From sequence record OL656110.1: a stretch of DNA of 64,000 nt. The stretch is one strand, 5' to 3'. Numbering within the stretch: the stretch's first letter is position 1; every line of letters begins with the position of its first letter. Below the pieces are notes generated by a model that ran no database searches, was not told where the DNA came from, and worked only from the letters and a program-made list of their open reading frames with translations. The position numbers and the translations under genes were made by a program. Origin of the DNA: Escherichia phage vB_EcoM-RPN242. Below are positions 38,071-48,205 of the stretch, piece by piece.

Positions 38071-38081
38071 GGGGTATTTAG
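38071..38081 (-). promoter_or_regulatory. late promoter CTAAATACCCC with inverted repeat
   Basis: CTAAATACCCCTAGATGAAACGAACACATTTAGGGGTATTTGAA-ATG. Confidence 0.6.
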
Positions 38082-38089
38082 TTTTCACT

Positions 38090-39280
38090 TTAGAAAGAAG
38101 CTACAATAGAATAATCGACCGAACAAGCAGTCGTCGTGTTCGCATTAACAACGGAAATTCTCAATTTACCACCCACCACAGCTCCTGTGAACGTCACTGT
38201 ACCGCTCGTACTTTTCTGAACCAACAACTCCGACTTGATAGTTCCGTCGCGAGTTATGGTTACTCGATATGTATCAACAACGTTACCTGTCCCCCATTGC
38301 GCGGTCACCAGTATTTGACAAAGGTTCACCAAATCAAAATCTGGAAGAGCCGTCGTCCCAGAAGCCGAAACCGTGTAAGAAGACAAATTCGTTTTGGTAC
38401 GATAAACGGCGTTCCCTAAACTATTGTCGACAGAGGTCATCTTGGCATTATACGTTGATACATTAACTTTATCACTGGAAAGAGAACTGATGCTGTTATC
38501 CAACGATGCCATCTTAGTGTTGTACGTGCTGACCTCGACTTTATTACCCAGAGACGTATTGATATTGGAGATACTCAAATCCAACGATGCCATCTTAGTG
38601 TTGTAAGTCGATGTGTTGACTTTCCCGTTCAACGACGTGTTGATGTTATTAATCTGGGACTCTAGACTCAGCATATCTGCGTCATACGCTGTCGTTGTCA
38701 CATATCCATTAAATCGGTTATCTGCAAACAACGCATCAAAAAATGCAGTCATTGTCCAATAACGCACTCCAGAATCTGTTTGTACTGGAATTGAAGTCGG
38801 CATCGTTGATCCGGTATACGCAGACAATCTGGTGAAATCCAAATTGAATTTGTAATATCCGGATGCCAACAACTCCCCAGCCAAACCAGAACCAGGTGGG
38901 GTAGTGTCTTCACTGACACCATGCTTTCTCAGCATGCTCAGGTTAACACCATCTGTCGCTACCATAGGTTCATCCGCGATAGACAGTTTCTTTCCAGTCG
39001 GAACAGTCAGGCCGCCGTTGGCTGTCAACAACGCAGCAAAAGTCTTGTTCCCGTTGATCGTTTGTTCACCACCGTCGGTGCGAATCACTTTGTTTTCCAG
39101 TGTGTCGTAGATAATATCCACAGAACGCTTCAGCTCGTATGTCAAATGAGCTGAAGGAGGGAACAACGGATCATCAACAGCGAAATCGTTGACAACATCA
39201 GTCTTGCTTATTTTATCGTCAACAGAAGAAAGGATTGCATCAATCTGCTGACCTGTGTATCGACTCAGAAAATCGGCCAT
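38090..39280 (-). CDS. tail fibre protein with tandem 26-27-aa repeats
   Basis: 396 aa; repeats NINTSL..KV..STYNTKMASLD; AGGAG ribosome-binding site. Confidence 0.6.
   Translation of the reverse strand: MADFLSRYTGQQIDAILSSVDDKISKTDVVNDFAVDDPLFPPSAHLTYELKRSVDIIYDTLENKVIRTDGGEQTINGNKTFAALLTANGGLTVPTGKKLSIADEPMVATDGVNLSMLRKHGVSEDTTPPGSGLAGELLASGYYKFNLDFTRLSAYTGSTMPTSIPVQTDSGVRYWTMTAFFDALFADNRFNGYVTTTAYDADMLSLESQINNINTSLNGKVNTSTYNTKMASLDLSISNINTSLGNKVEVSTYNTKMASLDNSISSLSSDKVNVSTYNAKMTSVDNSLGNAVYRTKTNLSSYTVSASGTTALPDFDLVNLCQILVTAQWGTGNVVDTYRVTITRDGTIKSELLVQKSTSGTVTFTGAVVGGKLRISVVNANTTTACSVDYSIVASF
38400..38640. repeat. in-frame tandem repeats of about 78 nt inside the tail fibre gene
   Basis: tccaacgatgccatcttagtgttgta recurs about 78-79 nt apart. 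Confidence 0.6.
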
Positions 39281-39282
39281 TT

Positions 39283-40137
39283 TTAACTCCTTGAACTTTC
39301 TAGGAATACAGTAAACCCAGCAGGATGGAAATGCTGACGGAAGACGCGATCAAACACACCTTCAAAATCAGATACGTTGCCAGGAACTCTTATCACATAC
39401 GTGAATTCATCATAGTAGTAATCGTCACGCATTCCTGTCGCGCCGTCACATTCAAAGTTGTCATCCAGGCCACCAATTGCTTCCTTGGGATAATACACAC
39501 TCACTGGGCAACCAAAGTAAATCCAGAAGAACAATTCAATCGCTTTCTTCGTCCCGCGAATGCGATAAATGTGTTTAAGTAACTTCAACCAGCGTACATG
39601 GTCCAGTGTCCGGCGTTCAGTTCCCTCGACATACACAGAGAGTGTGTCTCCGTCTGAAGTCACCAAACTGTCCGAACCAACTGGCACAAACTTCCCGAAC
39701 TCCAGGAAGGACTTATCAACCGTTCTCTGGAATCCAAAATCAGCATACCAATCGTCGATGCGTTCGTTCTTGTCTTCCATTGAGATTAATGCTCGACCGT
39801 CCACGTCCAGCAAATCTTCGAAGTCTAGCGCCATCATGTTCTCAAACGTGCGCGTCAGGAACTTGTCTTCCAAGAAGTCTTTGGCCTCAGTACCTGGCGT
39901 CTTGCGCTTCTTGATGTCAATCAACTGCTCAATAGGAGACTGATCCGTATTTGGATTCACCCAACCACCAGTGTCTGCCAGATACGCCAAGATCTCCTCT
40001 TCGGTGAATCCCTGCTGGCGATACAACCAGTTGAAGAACGTATCCATAAACTCGATGAATACTGGGAATTCATTCTGGTAAAACAATGGGGTTTCATATT
40101 TCACCCCATTGTGCCCGTTATTAAGATCTTTGGACAT
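39283..40137 (-). CDS. baseplate-associated protein
   Basis: 284 aa; start overlaps the upstream gene by 17 nt, suggesting translational coupling; synteny only. Confidence 0.45.
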   Translation of the reverse strand: MSKDLNNGHNGVKYETPLFYQNEFPVFIEFMDTFFNWLYRQQGFTEEEILAYLADTGGWVNPNTDQSPIEQLIDIKKRKTPGTEAKDFLEDKFLTRTFENMMALDFEDLLDVDGRALISMEDKNERIDDWYADFGFQRTVDKSFLEFGKFVPVGSDSLVTSDGDTLSVYVEGTERRTLDHVRWLKLLKHIYRIRGTKKAIELFFWIYFGCPVSVYYPKEAIGGLDDNFECDGATGMRDDYYYDEFTYVIRVPGNVSDFEGVFDRVFRQHFHPAGFTVFLESSRS

Positions 40138-41899
40138 AACGCACCTCCGGCTCCACAGTTACAGCACCGATGCGGAGCACCTGATTCTGTGTGGCCTGAA
40201 TGTTCTGGTCAAGACCGTCTGGAGACACAATTATTGTCACACCCTCAGTGTTGTAGTTGGATACTATGATACGCTGGAGTTCAACAACGCCAGTCACATA
40301 ATCAACCGTCCCAACAGCTTGTACCAGATATTCCTTGGTCGTGTCTGTTGTACTCACCTTGTACATATTCAGGACACCACTGACGTCGCGTATGTAGTAA
40401 GTGAATTCGACCTCGGCCGGAAGCGGCTTAAACCCACTGATACGCACAGAACCAGACGCAATCGAGCGCCCAAACTCGAATGTGAAGCTGTCCAGTACCC
40501 CATAGTCTGGCTTGAAATGGCGCTTATACTTCACAGAAGTGATGTTTGACACTATCGATCTGTCTATGTCGGTGATGGCCGACTGTAACTGCTCTTTATC
40601 GAACAGTTCGTCGAATCCTTCTAGGTTCCCCAAGCCCCAGTTGACAACACCGTTCTTCACGACTGTCTTCAACTGCTCTTCGGTATAGGACGTGGAAGTC
40701 GGATCCCAGAACACGCGGGTGGTGACATCAACATAAGTCAGTTCAGCGTCGACAATCTTGGGTGTGATCGTGCCCACATTGTACTTGTCTAACGTCGCCA
40801 CGATATCTGCCTTCTCAGCGTCCGAGAGCGCCTCACCAACAGAAGGTATCACAGCAATGTAAACGTATCCGGAGTCGGGCGGAGAGAGCGTGTCGCCGCC
40901 ATATGCTTTGGCGCGGGAGACGTTGGAGAACAGACGCTCGGTCAACATAGCATAATCGACTTCGGCTACCGCCGCACCCTCAGCCTGATAAGCCAGCGGA
41001 GCAAGGCGCTTGATGTCCTCAATGCTCTCTGGGTCCGCACCGCCGGAAGAACGTTCTGACACCAGCTCAACATCTACAAGGTTGAATCCCCCGATGGAAG
41101 ACGCGGAGGACAAGGCAGTGATGTCATTGCCGTCTGCACCAGCTGTCTCCAGATACTGGAGGTACACGACGTTCCCGTCTTCTACTCGCTTACAGATATA
41201 CCCATCACCGAATTCGAACGTGTACATCCCGTCCAACCCCAGCTCAACGAAGTAGAGTTGCGCATACTGGCTCAAATCGAACGGGCTGACATATCGTGAA
41301 AAGGTAGACAGCACGTCAGATGTCTCAGATTCCTGCACCTGCACCACCATATGGTCGATGTCCACGGAAGAAGATGGGATCACATAGGTGGAGATCGCGC
41401 TACCTTCCACATCATAGGACTTGTACAGCCAGTTACCCTGTATGAGTTTGATGTTCTCGAACTTGTAAGAGCCGTCTACAAGAGAGGCGCTCACAGGTTG
41501 GTCAACCGTGAAGTTATAGGATTTGCCATCCTTCACCCCAATGAACATCGCGCGGCGATCCATTACAATCGTGTCTGGAGCCGTGCTGGCGTCATATGGA
41601 GTGACTGTGACGTTTGCGTACAGGTACGCGGCCTGGTAGTTGTGAGGGGTGTAAGATAAGAACCCCGCCGCCAGACCGACATTAGAACGCTGTTGAGCAG
41701 AGTGAAGATGGCTTTCGCCATTCAGCATGTTCTGCATGAACCCGATAGAGTTGGCATCCGAGGCCAAGATACGCACGATTGCACTGAGACCAGAACCTTC
41801 AAAGTCATAATCCTTGAAAGTTGGATCAGCTTTCATGCGCTTCTTGATAAGATACTCGAAAGCCCTGACATCGAGTGAAGGGACTGTTTGCGTGGCCAT
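40121..41899 (-). CDS. baseplate wedge protein (gp6-like)
   Basis: About 592 aa from ATG 41899 (track start 41950 is TTG); first gene of the late module. Confidence 0.55.
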   Translation of the reverse strand: MATQTVPSLDVRAFEYLIKKRMKADPTFKDYDFEGSGLSAIVRILASDANSIGFMQNMLNGESHLHSAQQRSNVGLAAGFLSYTPHNYQAAYLYANVTVTPYDASTAPDTIVMDRRAMFIGVKDGKSYNFTVDQPVSASLVDGSYKFENIKLIQGNWLYKSYDVEGSAISTYVIPSSSVDIDHMVVQVQESETSDVLSTFSRYVSPFDLSQYAQLYFVELGLDGMYTFEFGDGYICKRVEDGNVVYLQYLETAGADGNDITALSSASSIGGFNLVDVELVSERSSGGADPESIEDIKRLAPLAYQAEGAAVAEVDYAMLTERLFSNVSRAKAYGGDTLSPPDSGYVYIAVIPSVGEALSDAEKADIVATLDKYNVGTITPKIVDAELTYVDVTTRVFWDPTSTSYTEEQLKTVVKNGVVNWGLGNLEGFDELFDKEQLQSAITDIDRSIVSNITSVKYKRHFKPDYGVLDSFTFEFGRSIASGSVRISGFKPLPAEVEFTYYIRDVSGVLNMYKVSTTDTTKEYLVQAVGTVDYVTGVVELQRIIVSNYNTEGVTIIVSPDGLDQNIQATQNQVLRIGAVTVEPEVRYVQRS

Positions 41900-41935
41900 G
41901 ATAATCTCCATCACCTGAGTTTGAATATGGTGTTG

Positions 41936-41946
41936 AAGATATTTAG
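41936..41946 (-). promoter_or_regulatory. late promoter variant CTAAATATCTTC
   Basis: About 40 nt upstream of ATG 41899. Confidence 0.5.
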
Positions 41947-42265
41947 CCAACGGGAATCAAAACGGCTCGCGCGCGTTTAATTTATTCGAATATAACTCGC
42001 GAGGGGGCTGACGCCCTCGCTCGTAACACCGCCCTGTGCGGGCAGCACCATTCCACAGCCATGGAGGCTGCTTCTCGTTGTTCGTTGACACTCACAACTC
42101 GAAGGGCACTGCGTTAGGATACAGTTTCTTGATGTTGTAGAAAAGTAGTTTTTACCTATTAATAATCACTGTCATTATTTTATTGGTCATTCCTGTGTTT
42201 ATATTCAATAAACATACTCCCAATATAATAACGGAGACATTTAATCAATCCAGTGAGGCTCCGGA

Positions 42266-42835
42266 ATGCACATTAACACAGCAATCATGAAACACATTAT
42301 TCCTTTGTTAGCAAAATACGAAGGGGAACGCGCCACGAATATCCCTTTTGAAACAATCACCGATGAAGTGAAACGCCTGACAGGTAAAAGTATCAATTTC
42401 CGTCGCGTTATTGAATCTGCGTTAGAGTTGGCCCGTTCTGATTTACGAAATCCAACATTTTCATTTAATATTGACATAACTTCTTCACTTCGACAAGAAT
42501 TGGAAGAATCATCACAAGCACGGCGCAATCGCTTCCGTCATTTATATGTTCGTAACGAATTCTCTGAAGGTCGTGTTGGTATGAAACTGGAGTCTATTCG
42601 TTCTGACATTTGCTTCACTGTCAACTACGTTTTAGAGCCAGAAAGTGGGCGCATTTATTTTGGCGCGATTATCGGTTTCTATGGGAACTCTATTAATGGT
42701 TGGGCTGAACGCGTTGGATTAAAAGAAACCCAGAACACTCATTCCACACCTTCTACCCATTATATGACGCATGAAGCTGCTGGTGAATATGTTTACATTC
42801 TGCGTCGTATTGTGAAGTTAGAAGTGTTAAAATAA
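42266..42835 (+). CDS. hypothetical protein, 189 aa
   Basis: First plus-strand gene after the divergent region; GTGAGG upstream. Confidence 0.55.
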   Translation: MHINTAIMKHIIPLLAKYEGERATNIPFETITDEVKRLTGKSINFRRVIESALELARSDLRNPTFSFNIDITSSLRQELEESSQARRNRFRHLYVRNEFSEGRVGMKLESIRSDICFTVNYVLEPESGRIYFGAIIGFYGNSINGWAERVGLKETQNTHSTPSTHYMTHEAAGEYVYILRRIVKLEVLK

Positions 42836-42892
42836 CGCTTTATTCAATAAATAATTGCAGTAAAGTTAGTTGCATGGAAGGGAGGGAACACT

Positions 42893-43039
42893 ATGTTTTA
42901 CATGATGTTACTCCTCATCCTCCTGATCGGGATTACCTTTACTCTCCTGGGTCTACCCGATCAGTCCGGTAAACAGTCGCCCACTTCGGCGCATCCGGTT
43001 TTGTGTGAAGGTTCGTCCGCACTGCTGTGGGCAGTGTAG
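42893..43039 (+). CDS. small hydrophobic membrane protein, 48 aa
   Basis: Strong ribosome-binding site GGAAGGGAGGG; MFYMMLLLILLIGITFTLLGLP... Below the track length cut-off. Confidence 0.4.
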   Translation: MFYMMLLLILLIGITFTLLGLPDQSGKQSPTSAHPVLCEGSSALLWAV

Positions 43040-44864
43040 CTCAAAGAGGAGAGGACTTTTCAAATTAGCTGGGCTGCAGTAAAGTATTAAGCGTGAGGCG
43101 AACAACGCATCGAGTTAGGCATCTAAAGCCGACCTCGCTAATCCCAGTCTCAGGGGCATGCGTGAATAGAGGCGTGATATCCACCTTGCATGGTGTCAGT
43201 GGACGCACTTGACCGTCGGAGAACGAAACTCCCTGTTGTAGCGTGATTAGCTCAGAATCAGAGAGCACCCCGTTGGCAAGTCGACACCAACACAAGGGGA
43301 GGTCGGGGGCGCTAATCTCCATCACGCCGACAACATTATGAGTCTTCCATAGAGGGTTCATAATGTTGCGTCAAAGGGCAACAAGGTTCCTGTTGGTTGA
43401 ATTAACTTGATTCATAGTTCCTACTGATCTTCCCGGATTCGAAGGATCACCAACAGGCGAGGCCGGATGCGTAAGTTCCGGTAAATCGATGGTAACGCCC
43501 TCGCCAACAAAAATAAAAGGTTTTATCAATAACGGGTTACAAAGTATAGTTAACCCACTGAAGCGAAAAGCTGTTTGGGCATTAGACAAACACTTCGATG
43601 TGAACCCAGGACATGGTGTCTTGTGCTCAAACAGGTTTTCGTTTTCGTTGTGCGTGACTTTGCGGGTTTTTAGAAACTGACCAAGCAAATAACTGCTAAT
43701 GATTCCGAAGTTCTGATGGCGGCGTAACAGCCTATAAGTCAGTGAGGTCTTCCGATTCCTCATCACCAAATTCGGCGCACTAAAATAGACGGGAGGGTGT
43801 GATTAATAATCTCCCGTCGACAATGCCGTTATATCTGACTGTCCAAAGGGGATAAGCTCCTGAGTAAGCAGAGGTGGGTTGCCTAAGTCAGATGGGATGT
43901 AAGGTCAGCGCTGGCCAAGCATTTGGGTTCGACTCCTAAAAACGGCTCCACATCTTTGAGGATATTCTCACGAGTATCTTGAAAGATGTGAGCGAAGTCT
44001 TGCCATCAGCCCTGATCCCTGGCAGGTGAAGGGCACACAAATCGAAGTGTCTTGACAATTTATCTTAAACCCAAAGGTTGATCTAGAAATTGGGCGGCCA
44101 ATCCGGTGGACGATAACAGCATATTGGGCCATACTGTTGAGTCAGGGCACTTCGATTTGTGAACTTGAGAGAGCATTGGGTGAAATAGACCATGCCTTGC
44201 AGATTGCGATGTCTACACATTCCGGACACTGGTGGACACCAAGAAGAACTCAGTAGCAGACGAGCCATCAGGGTTAGCTACCCGGCGCGGCGAGGACTGG
44301 GAGGCCGAACTAAGGGGAAACCCGAGACAGGCGTAGTATTCTCAAGTTCACAAAATGAAGAGCATTAAAGAACTCGCAAAGGACCTGAAATTGGTATCCC
44401 TGGCTTGTACCACTGAGTGTTCTTCATCTTTGGGTGATTCTATGTTGCCGGGCTATCAACCCATGCTTGCTGGAGCAACCAGCGGCTCTGAATCAACCAG
44501 CCAGCCTCGTTTGGTCCGAGCGTTAGAGGACAAGTTGCTTCTACATGGAAGTTGCGAGTTGCGACATTGGTTGCAACTTTGATGGCTCTGGATTTTATAA
44601 ACCATGTCTATGGGTGACGCGGGATCTTTAGTACCAGAGCTATCAAAGTTGTGTCCAACCCGATCTTACAAGCCCGTATCCCGGTCTGGTTAAGACTTGT
44701 AAGTGGAAAGCCCTGGAAAAATAAACGCCTGTGGCGAGGCTATGGTGCAAGCCAAAGACTCACAGAAGCGCATGCCGTGAGGCAGCACAAAGAGGCATGC
44801 ATGAACTGATCATGCACAAACGGGATAAAGGGTTGACAGTCCTTGGTCGGACACACAATAATTT

Positions 44865-44941
44865 GGTCCTGTAGCTCAGTGGTAAGTAGCAGTGAACTCA
44901 TAATTCATTGGTCGTTGGTTCAAATCCAACCAGGATCACCA
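44865..44941 (+). tRNA. tRNA with CAU anticodon (Met or Ile2)
   Basis: Hand-folded cloverleaf: acceptor GGTCCTG/CAGGATC, anticodon loop CTCATAA, T-arm GTTGG-TTCAAAT-CCAAC, encoded CCA. Confidence 0.75.
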
Positions 44942-45193
44942 TGTTAAGGGGTGTGAAACATGACACTCCGACAAACACAGTAAGCGTTGCAGTCAGCTGT
45001 GTATAAAATGGGGTGACTCCGCATCGGAAACGATGCCCCAACTTCCAGAAATGGTCGGGCGCAAAGCCTGTAAAGTTCCAGGAGATCGAACCAGAAGGCA
45101 CTGGTCGCCAGTTAACCAATCGGCGCTGAGAAGCGCGGGGAGTTGGGCTACGGCAGATCAAATGCTCAATCGGGTGTGAAGCCCGTCCAAATT

Positions 45194-45282
45194 GGAAGGT
45201 TGCCCGAGATGTTTAAGGGACTCGACTGCTAATCGAGTGGGGCTTTTAGCCCCCGAAGGTTCGAATCCTTCACCTTCCGCCA
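45194..45282 (+). tRNA. tRNA-Ser (GCU) with long variable arm
   Basis: Acceptor GGAAGGT/ACCTTCC, anticodon stem CTCGA/TCGAG with loop CTGCTAA, variable arm GGGGCTTTTAGCCCC, T-arm GAAGG-TTCGAAT-CCTTC, CCA. Confidence 0.75.
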
Positions 45283-45498
45283 AATTACGGGCGTGACTTC
45301 CTGAAGAGTTAGAAGATGTGCATGTCGACTCTCTCGTAATCGGGTGTTTAGGAAGTTAAGAAAATCGCGGCGAGGATAGTGAAATGCAAATAGCTTTCTC
45401 TACGTCGACGACTTCAGGTTCGACTCCTGACGCGCTCTCCCATAGGGTAGTACCAGTGCAAGCGTGTAGTCTTTCAACCCATCCCATCGATGTGGTGT

Positions 45499-45528
45499 AG
45501 CCGGATATCCTATCCGGCTTTCTTTTTA
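45499..45528 (+). terminator. rho-independent terminator after the tRNA region
   Basis: Hairpin GCCGGATATCCTATCCGGC followed by TTTCTTTTTA. Confidence 0.7.
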
Positions 45529-45651
45529 TCCCTGTCTTATTATCTTCTTATCGACCCAAGCATGTCCTCCTTTATCATAGTTTGTTCAATGATACAAAGG
45601 GGGTTTAAAATTTAACCGTTAACCCCCTATCATAGATTTGAGGATACACCA

Positions 45652-46320
45652 ATGCGTAATGTTTCTATCTGGGAATTGAACGAAGTGATTTCCCATGACA
45701 CCCCTCCAATTGTCAGACTCTTCCGATACAAGGGTGTCAAGCGTACTCTGAATGAGTTCCTGTCGCCTGTTTACGTCTACCGTGATGGCGGGTTCTTCCG
45801 CCGCGATAAAAACATCCCGAACCTTGGTATGACGTTTGATTTGAGTATCAAAGGCCAGGTTGTATTGATGGGTTATGATAGCCTGGAACAATCTGAGAAA
45901 GGCCAGGGCGCTCCACTTATGGTCTTCGGTTCGTTTGAACAAGCCGTGCACTGGCTGATCAGAAACGGATATGATTTCTATGGCGAAGAAAGCGCCAATT
46001 GGCGTCGTCGCAAGGTCAAGTCTGTTGATTTCTACGCAGAGCGCAAGAAATACCTGGATATCGCTCATCAGTATGAGCAGTCTAAGAAATCCGTTCTAAT
46101 CAAACCATGCGTTACGGTCGGTGAAGAAGTGGGTGTCGTGGATAATTCCGATTTGAATCAGGCAATTAAATCTTTGAATCCAACTCCTCCGGTCAGTCGT
46201 GTTCTGAATGATCAGGGTGCTCCGGCCAAGCATGACAGTTCTATTCCGGTCCCCCAATCGGAGAAACCAGCGGAGCACAAATCGTTCTTCCGTCGCTTGC
46301 TGGACTTCCTGACCAAGTAA
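45652..46320 (+). CDS. hypothetical protein, 222 aa
   Basis: ATG with GAGGA upstream. Confidence 0.55.
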   Translation: MRNVSIWELNEVISHDTPPIVRLFRYKGVKRTLNEFLSPVYVYRDGGFFRRDKNIPNLGMTFDLSIKGQVVLMGYDSLEQSEKGQGAPLMVFGSFEQAVHWLIRNGYDFYGEESANWRRRKVKSVDFYAERKKYLDIAHQYEQSKKSVLIKPCVTVGEEVGVVDNSDLNQAIKSLNPTPPVSRVLNDQGAPAKHDSSIPVPQSEKPAEHKSFFRRLLDFLTK

Positions 46321-46389
46321 GACGAGATTCTCCTTTTCTATACTCCTGTAGATACGCTATGATAAGCCAATGTCTACAGGAGAAATAGA

Positions 46390-47664
46390 ATGAACAAATT
46401 CGCTGCACAACCCCTCGCTCCATATATCCCGTTCCGCACGTATATCCCGTTCCACACGTTAGGGAAAGGTCCATATAAAACGATTTTTGATGTCCTCTCT
46501 CTTCATCGTGAACATATTCACTGGGAAGACTACCTCTACAAACACACTCCGTGTGAACTCGTCGCCAACCCCGAAACTAACCAGCAGGTCTGGTTCAAGC
46601 GTGAAGATTACTTCGCGCCGCTATCTTGTTATATGAATGGCAAGCAGGGCATCAATGGCAGTAAGTTGCGCCAGGCCATCTGGTTGATGGTTGAGCACCT
46701 GAAGACCGGAGGCTCCCCTGACATCATCCATGGTACTGTCGTTGGTAGTCCGCAGTCCCCTATGGCGACGGCAGTCTCTCGGCACTTCGGCGGCAAGACA
46801 ACCACTGTACTCGGAGCGACCAAACCCACCACCTGTATGAACCACGACATGGTGGCAATGTCAGCCTGGTTTGGTAGTGAGTTCAACTTCGTCGGCTCGG
46901 GTTACAACAGCACGATCCAGCCGCGCTGTAAGAAGTTGATCGAACAACAGAATCCAAAGGCGTATTATCTGGAATATGGTATCACCCTCGACCACACAGC
47001 GCATTCTCCTGAGCGCATCGCTGGCTTCCATATGCTGGGTGGCGAGCAGGTTGCCAACATCCCTGACCATATTACCGATCTGATTATCCCAGCCGGATCC
47101 TGCAACTCTTGCACAAGCATCCTGACCGGGCTGGCAATGCATCCGAAGCCTAATCTGAAGCGTGTGTATCTGATTGGCATCGGTCCTAACCGCCTTGACT
47201 TTATCGAGAGCCGTCTGCGCATCATCGGCAAACATGCCAATCTGCCGCACATTGTCGACTTCACCCGTCGCTATCACGACAACCCAGACTATGTACACGG
47301 CAAGAAGGAGCTTCAGCATGCCTCTAAGAGCGTTTCGCTGGCTGGCCTCCTAAGTGGTATCAGGCAGAAGGAAGAGCCAGAGGTCGTGCTTCCTCGCTTT
47401 GAGGTACACCATTGGGATCTTCATACCACTAATTGGGTTCGTTACAATGATCTGATGGAATATCAGTGGGGTGATATTGAGTTGCATCCTCGCTATGAAG
47501 GCAAGGTCATGACCTGGGTTCAACAACACAAGCCCGAGTTGCTCAACGAGAACACCCTGTTCTGGATTGTGGGTAGCAAGCCATACATCGAGCCGATGAA
47601 GGCAGCATGCCCTGAGCTGGCTATCCCTGAAACAGTTCCTGTAAACGACTTCACCCCTTCCTGA
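46390..47664 (+). CDS. putative PLP-dependent enzyme (fold-type II, ACC-deaminase/D-cysteine-desulfhydrase-like)
   Basis: 424 aa; GINGSKLRQ resembles the GGNKxRK PLP-lysine loop and GSPQSP the Gly-rich phosphate loop; AGGAG upstream. Confidence 0.45.
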   Translation: MNKFAAQPLAPYIPFRTYIPFHTLGKGPYKTIFDVLSLHREHIHWEDYLYKHTPCELVANPETNQQVWFKREDYFAPLSCYMNGKQGINGSKLRQAIWLMVEHLKTGGSPDIIHGTVVGSPQSPMATAVSRHFGGKTTTVLGATKPTTCMNHDMVAMSAWFGSEFNFVGSGYNSTIQPRCKKLIEQQNPKAYYLEYGITLDHTAHSPERIAGFHMLGGEQVANIPDHITDLIIPAGSCNSCTSILTGLAMHPKPNLKRVYLIGIGPNRLDFIESRLRIIGKHANLPHIVDFTRRYHDNPDYVHGKKELQHASKSVSLAGLLSGIRQKEEPEVVLPRFEVHHWDLHTTNWVRYNDLMEYQWGDIELHPRYEGKVMTWVQQHKPELLNENTLFWIVGSKPYIEPMKAACPELAIPETVPVNDFTPS

Positions 47665-47670
47665 TCCATC

Positions 47671-47681
47671 CTAAATACCCC
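47671..47681 (+). promoter_or_regulatory. late promoter CTAAATACCCC with inverted repeat, plus strand
   Basis: CTAAATACCCCATGCAAACCAGTGTGGGGTATTT-ATG. Confidence 0.6.
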
Positions 47682-47704
47682 ATGCAAACCAGTGTGGGGT
47701 ATTT

Positions 47705-48169
47705 ATGAAAACCTTTCTTGAATATCTTAAAGAGGCGTCTGAGGCTGAACCCAAGTTCGATAACATGCGCCTCTTTCACGGCTCCAACGTAGGATTCGAT
47801 GTCTTCGACTTTGAGCGCTTCGGTCAGACTGACTGTGGTACGATGGGACCTGGGTTCTATCTGACAGGCAACGAAGAAGAGGCACAGCGCTATGCAGAGA
47901 ACGCCGTCCGCTACCGCCAGAGTGGTGAACCCCATGTTCTGGTGTTTAACGTCAGTGTTAAGAAGCCCCTCGAACTCGACTCTAACAATGTCTCGGCCTG
48001 GGAAGACGCTATGCGTGAACTTGGTATCGAACCGGGTAAGATCCATGAGAACGCCGCCGAGCTAATTGCTCAGGGCTATGACTCCACCATCGTGCTGGAC
48101 CGCTTTGGGTTGCCTATGGTGCGTGAGATCGTCCTGTACAAACCAGGCCTGGCAGTGCGGGAAGCCTAA
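47705..48169 (+). CDS. late-expressed hypothetical protein, 154 aa, with an HGS motif
   Basis: RLFHGSN...GFYLTGN suggests a nucleotide-modifying fold but is unverified; driven by a late promoter. Confidence 0.55.
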   Translation: MKTFLEYLKEASEAEPKFDNMRLFHGSNVGFDVFDFERFGQTDCGTMGPGFYLTGNEEEAQRYAENAVRYRQSGEPHVLVFNVSVKKPLELDSNNVSAWEDAMRELGIEPGKIHENAAELIAQGYDSTIVLDRFGLPMVREIVLYKPGLAVREA

Positions 48170-48177
48170 ATACCCCC
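48166..48177 (+). promoter_or_regulatory. late promoter CTAAATACCCCC
   Basis: The TAA stop of the upstream gene is embedded in the motif; GAGGAA then ATG at 48206. Confidence 0.55.
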
Positions 48178-48205
48178 ATATGGCTAACCCACTGAGGAAC
48201 CTAAC

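Noticed and set aside
44355-44582. 75-aa plus ORF in the ORF-poor region
   Set aside because: No ribosome-binding site, Ser/Cys-rich translation, and surrounded by structured, non-coding-looking sequence.
44833-44862. Sigma-70-like promoter (TTGACA...AATAAT) just upstream of the first tRNA
   Set aside because: The predicted transcription start would fall inside the mature tRNA, leaving no 5' leader for RNase P processing; likely chance.
44898-45161. 87-aa minus-strand ORF overlapping the first tRNA
   Set aside because: Overlaps a cleanly folding tRNA, starts at TTG, and has no ribosome-binding site.
45405-45450. Third tRNA suggested by a perfect T-arm
   Set aside because: No complementary 5' acceptor strand or D/anticodon arms at canonical spacing; recorded only as a possible tRNA remnant.
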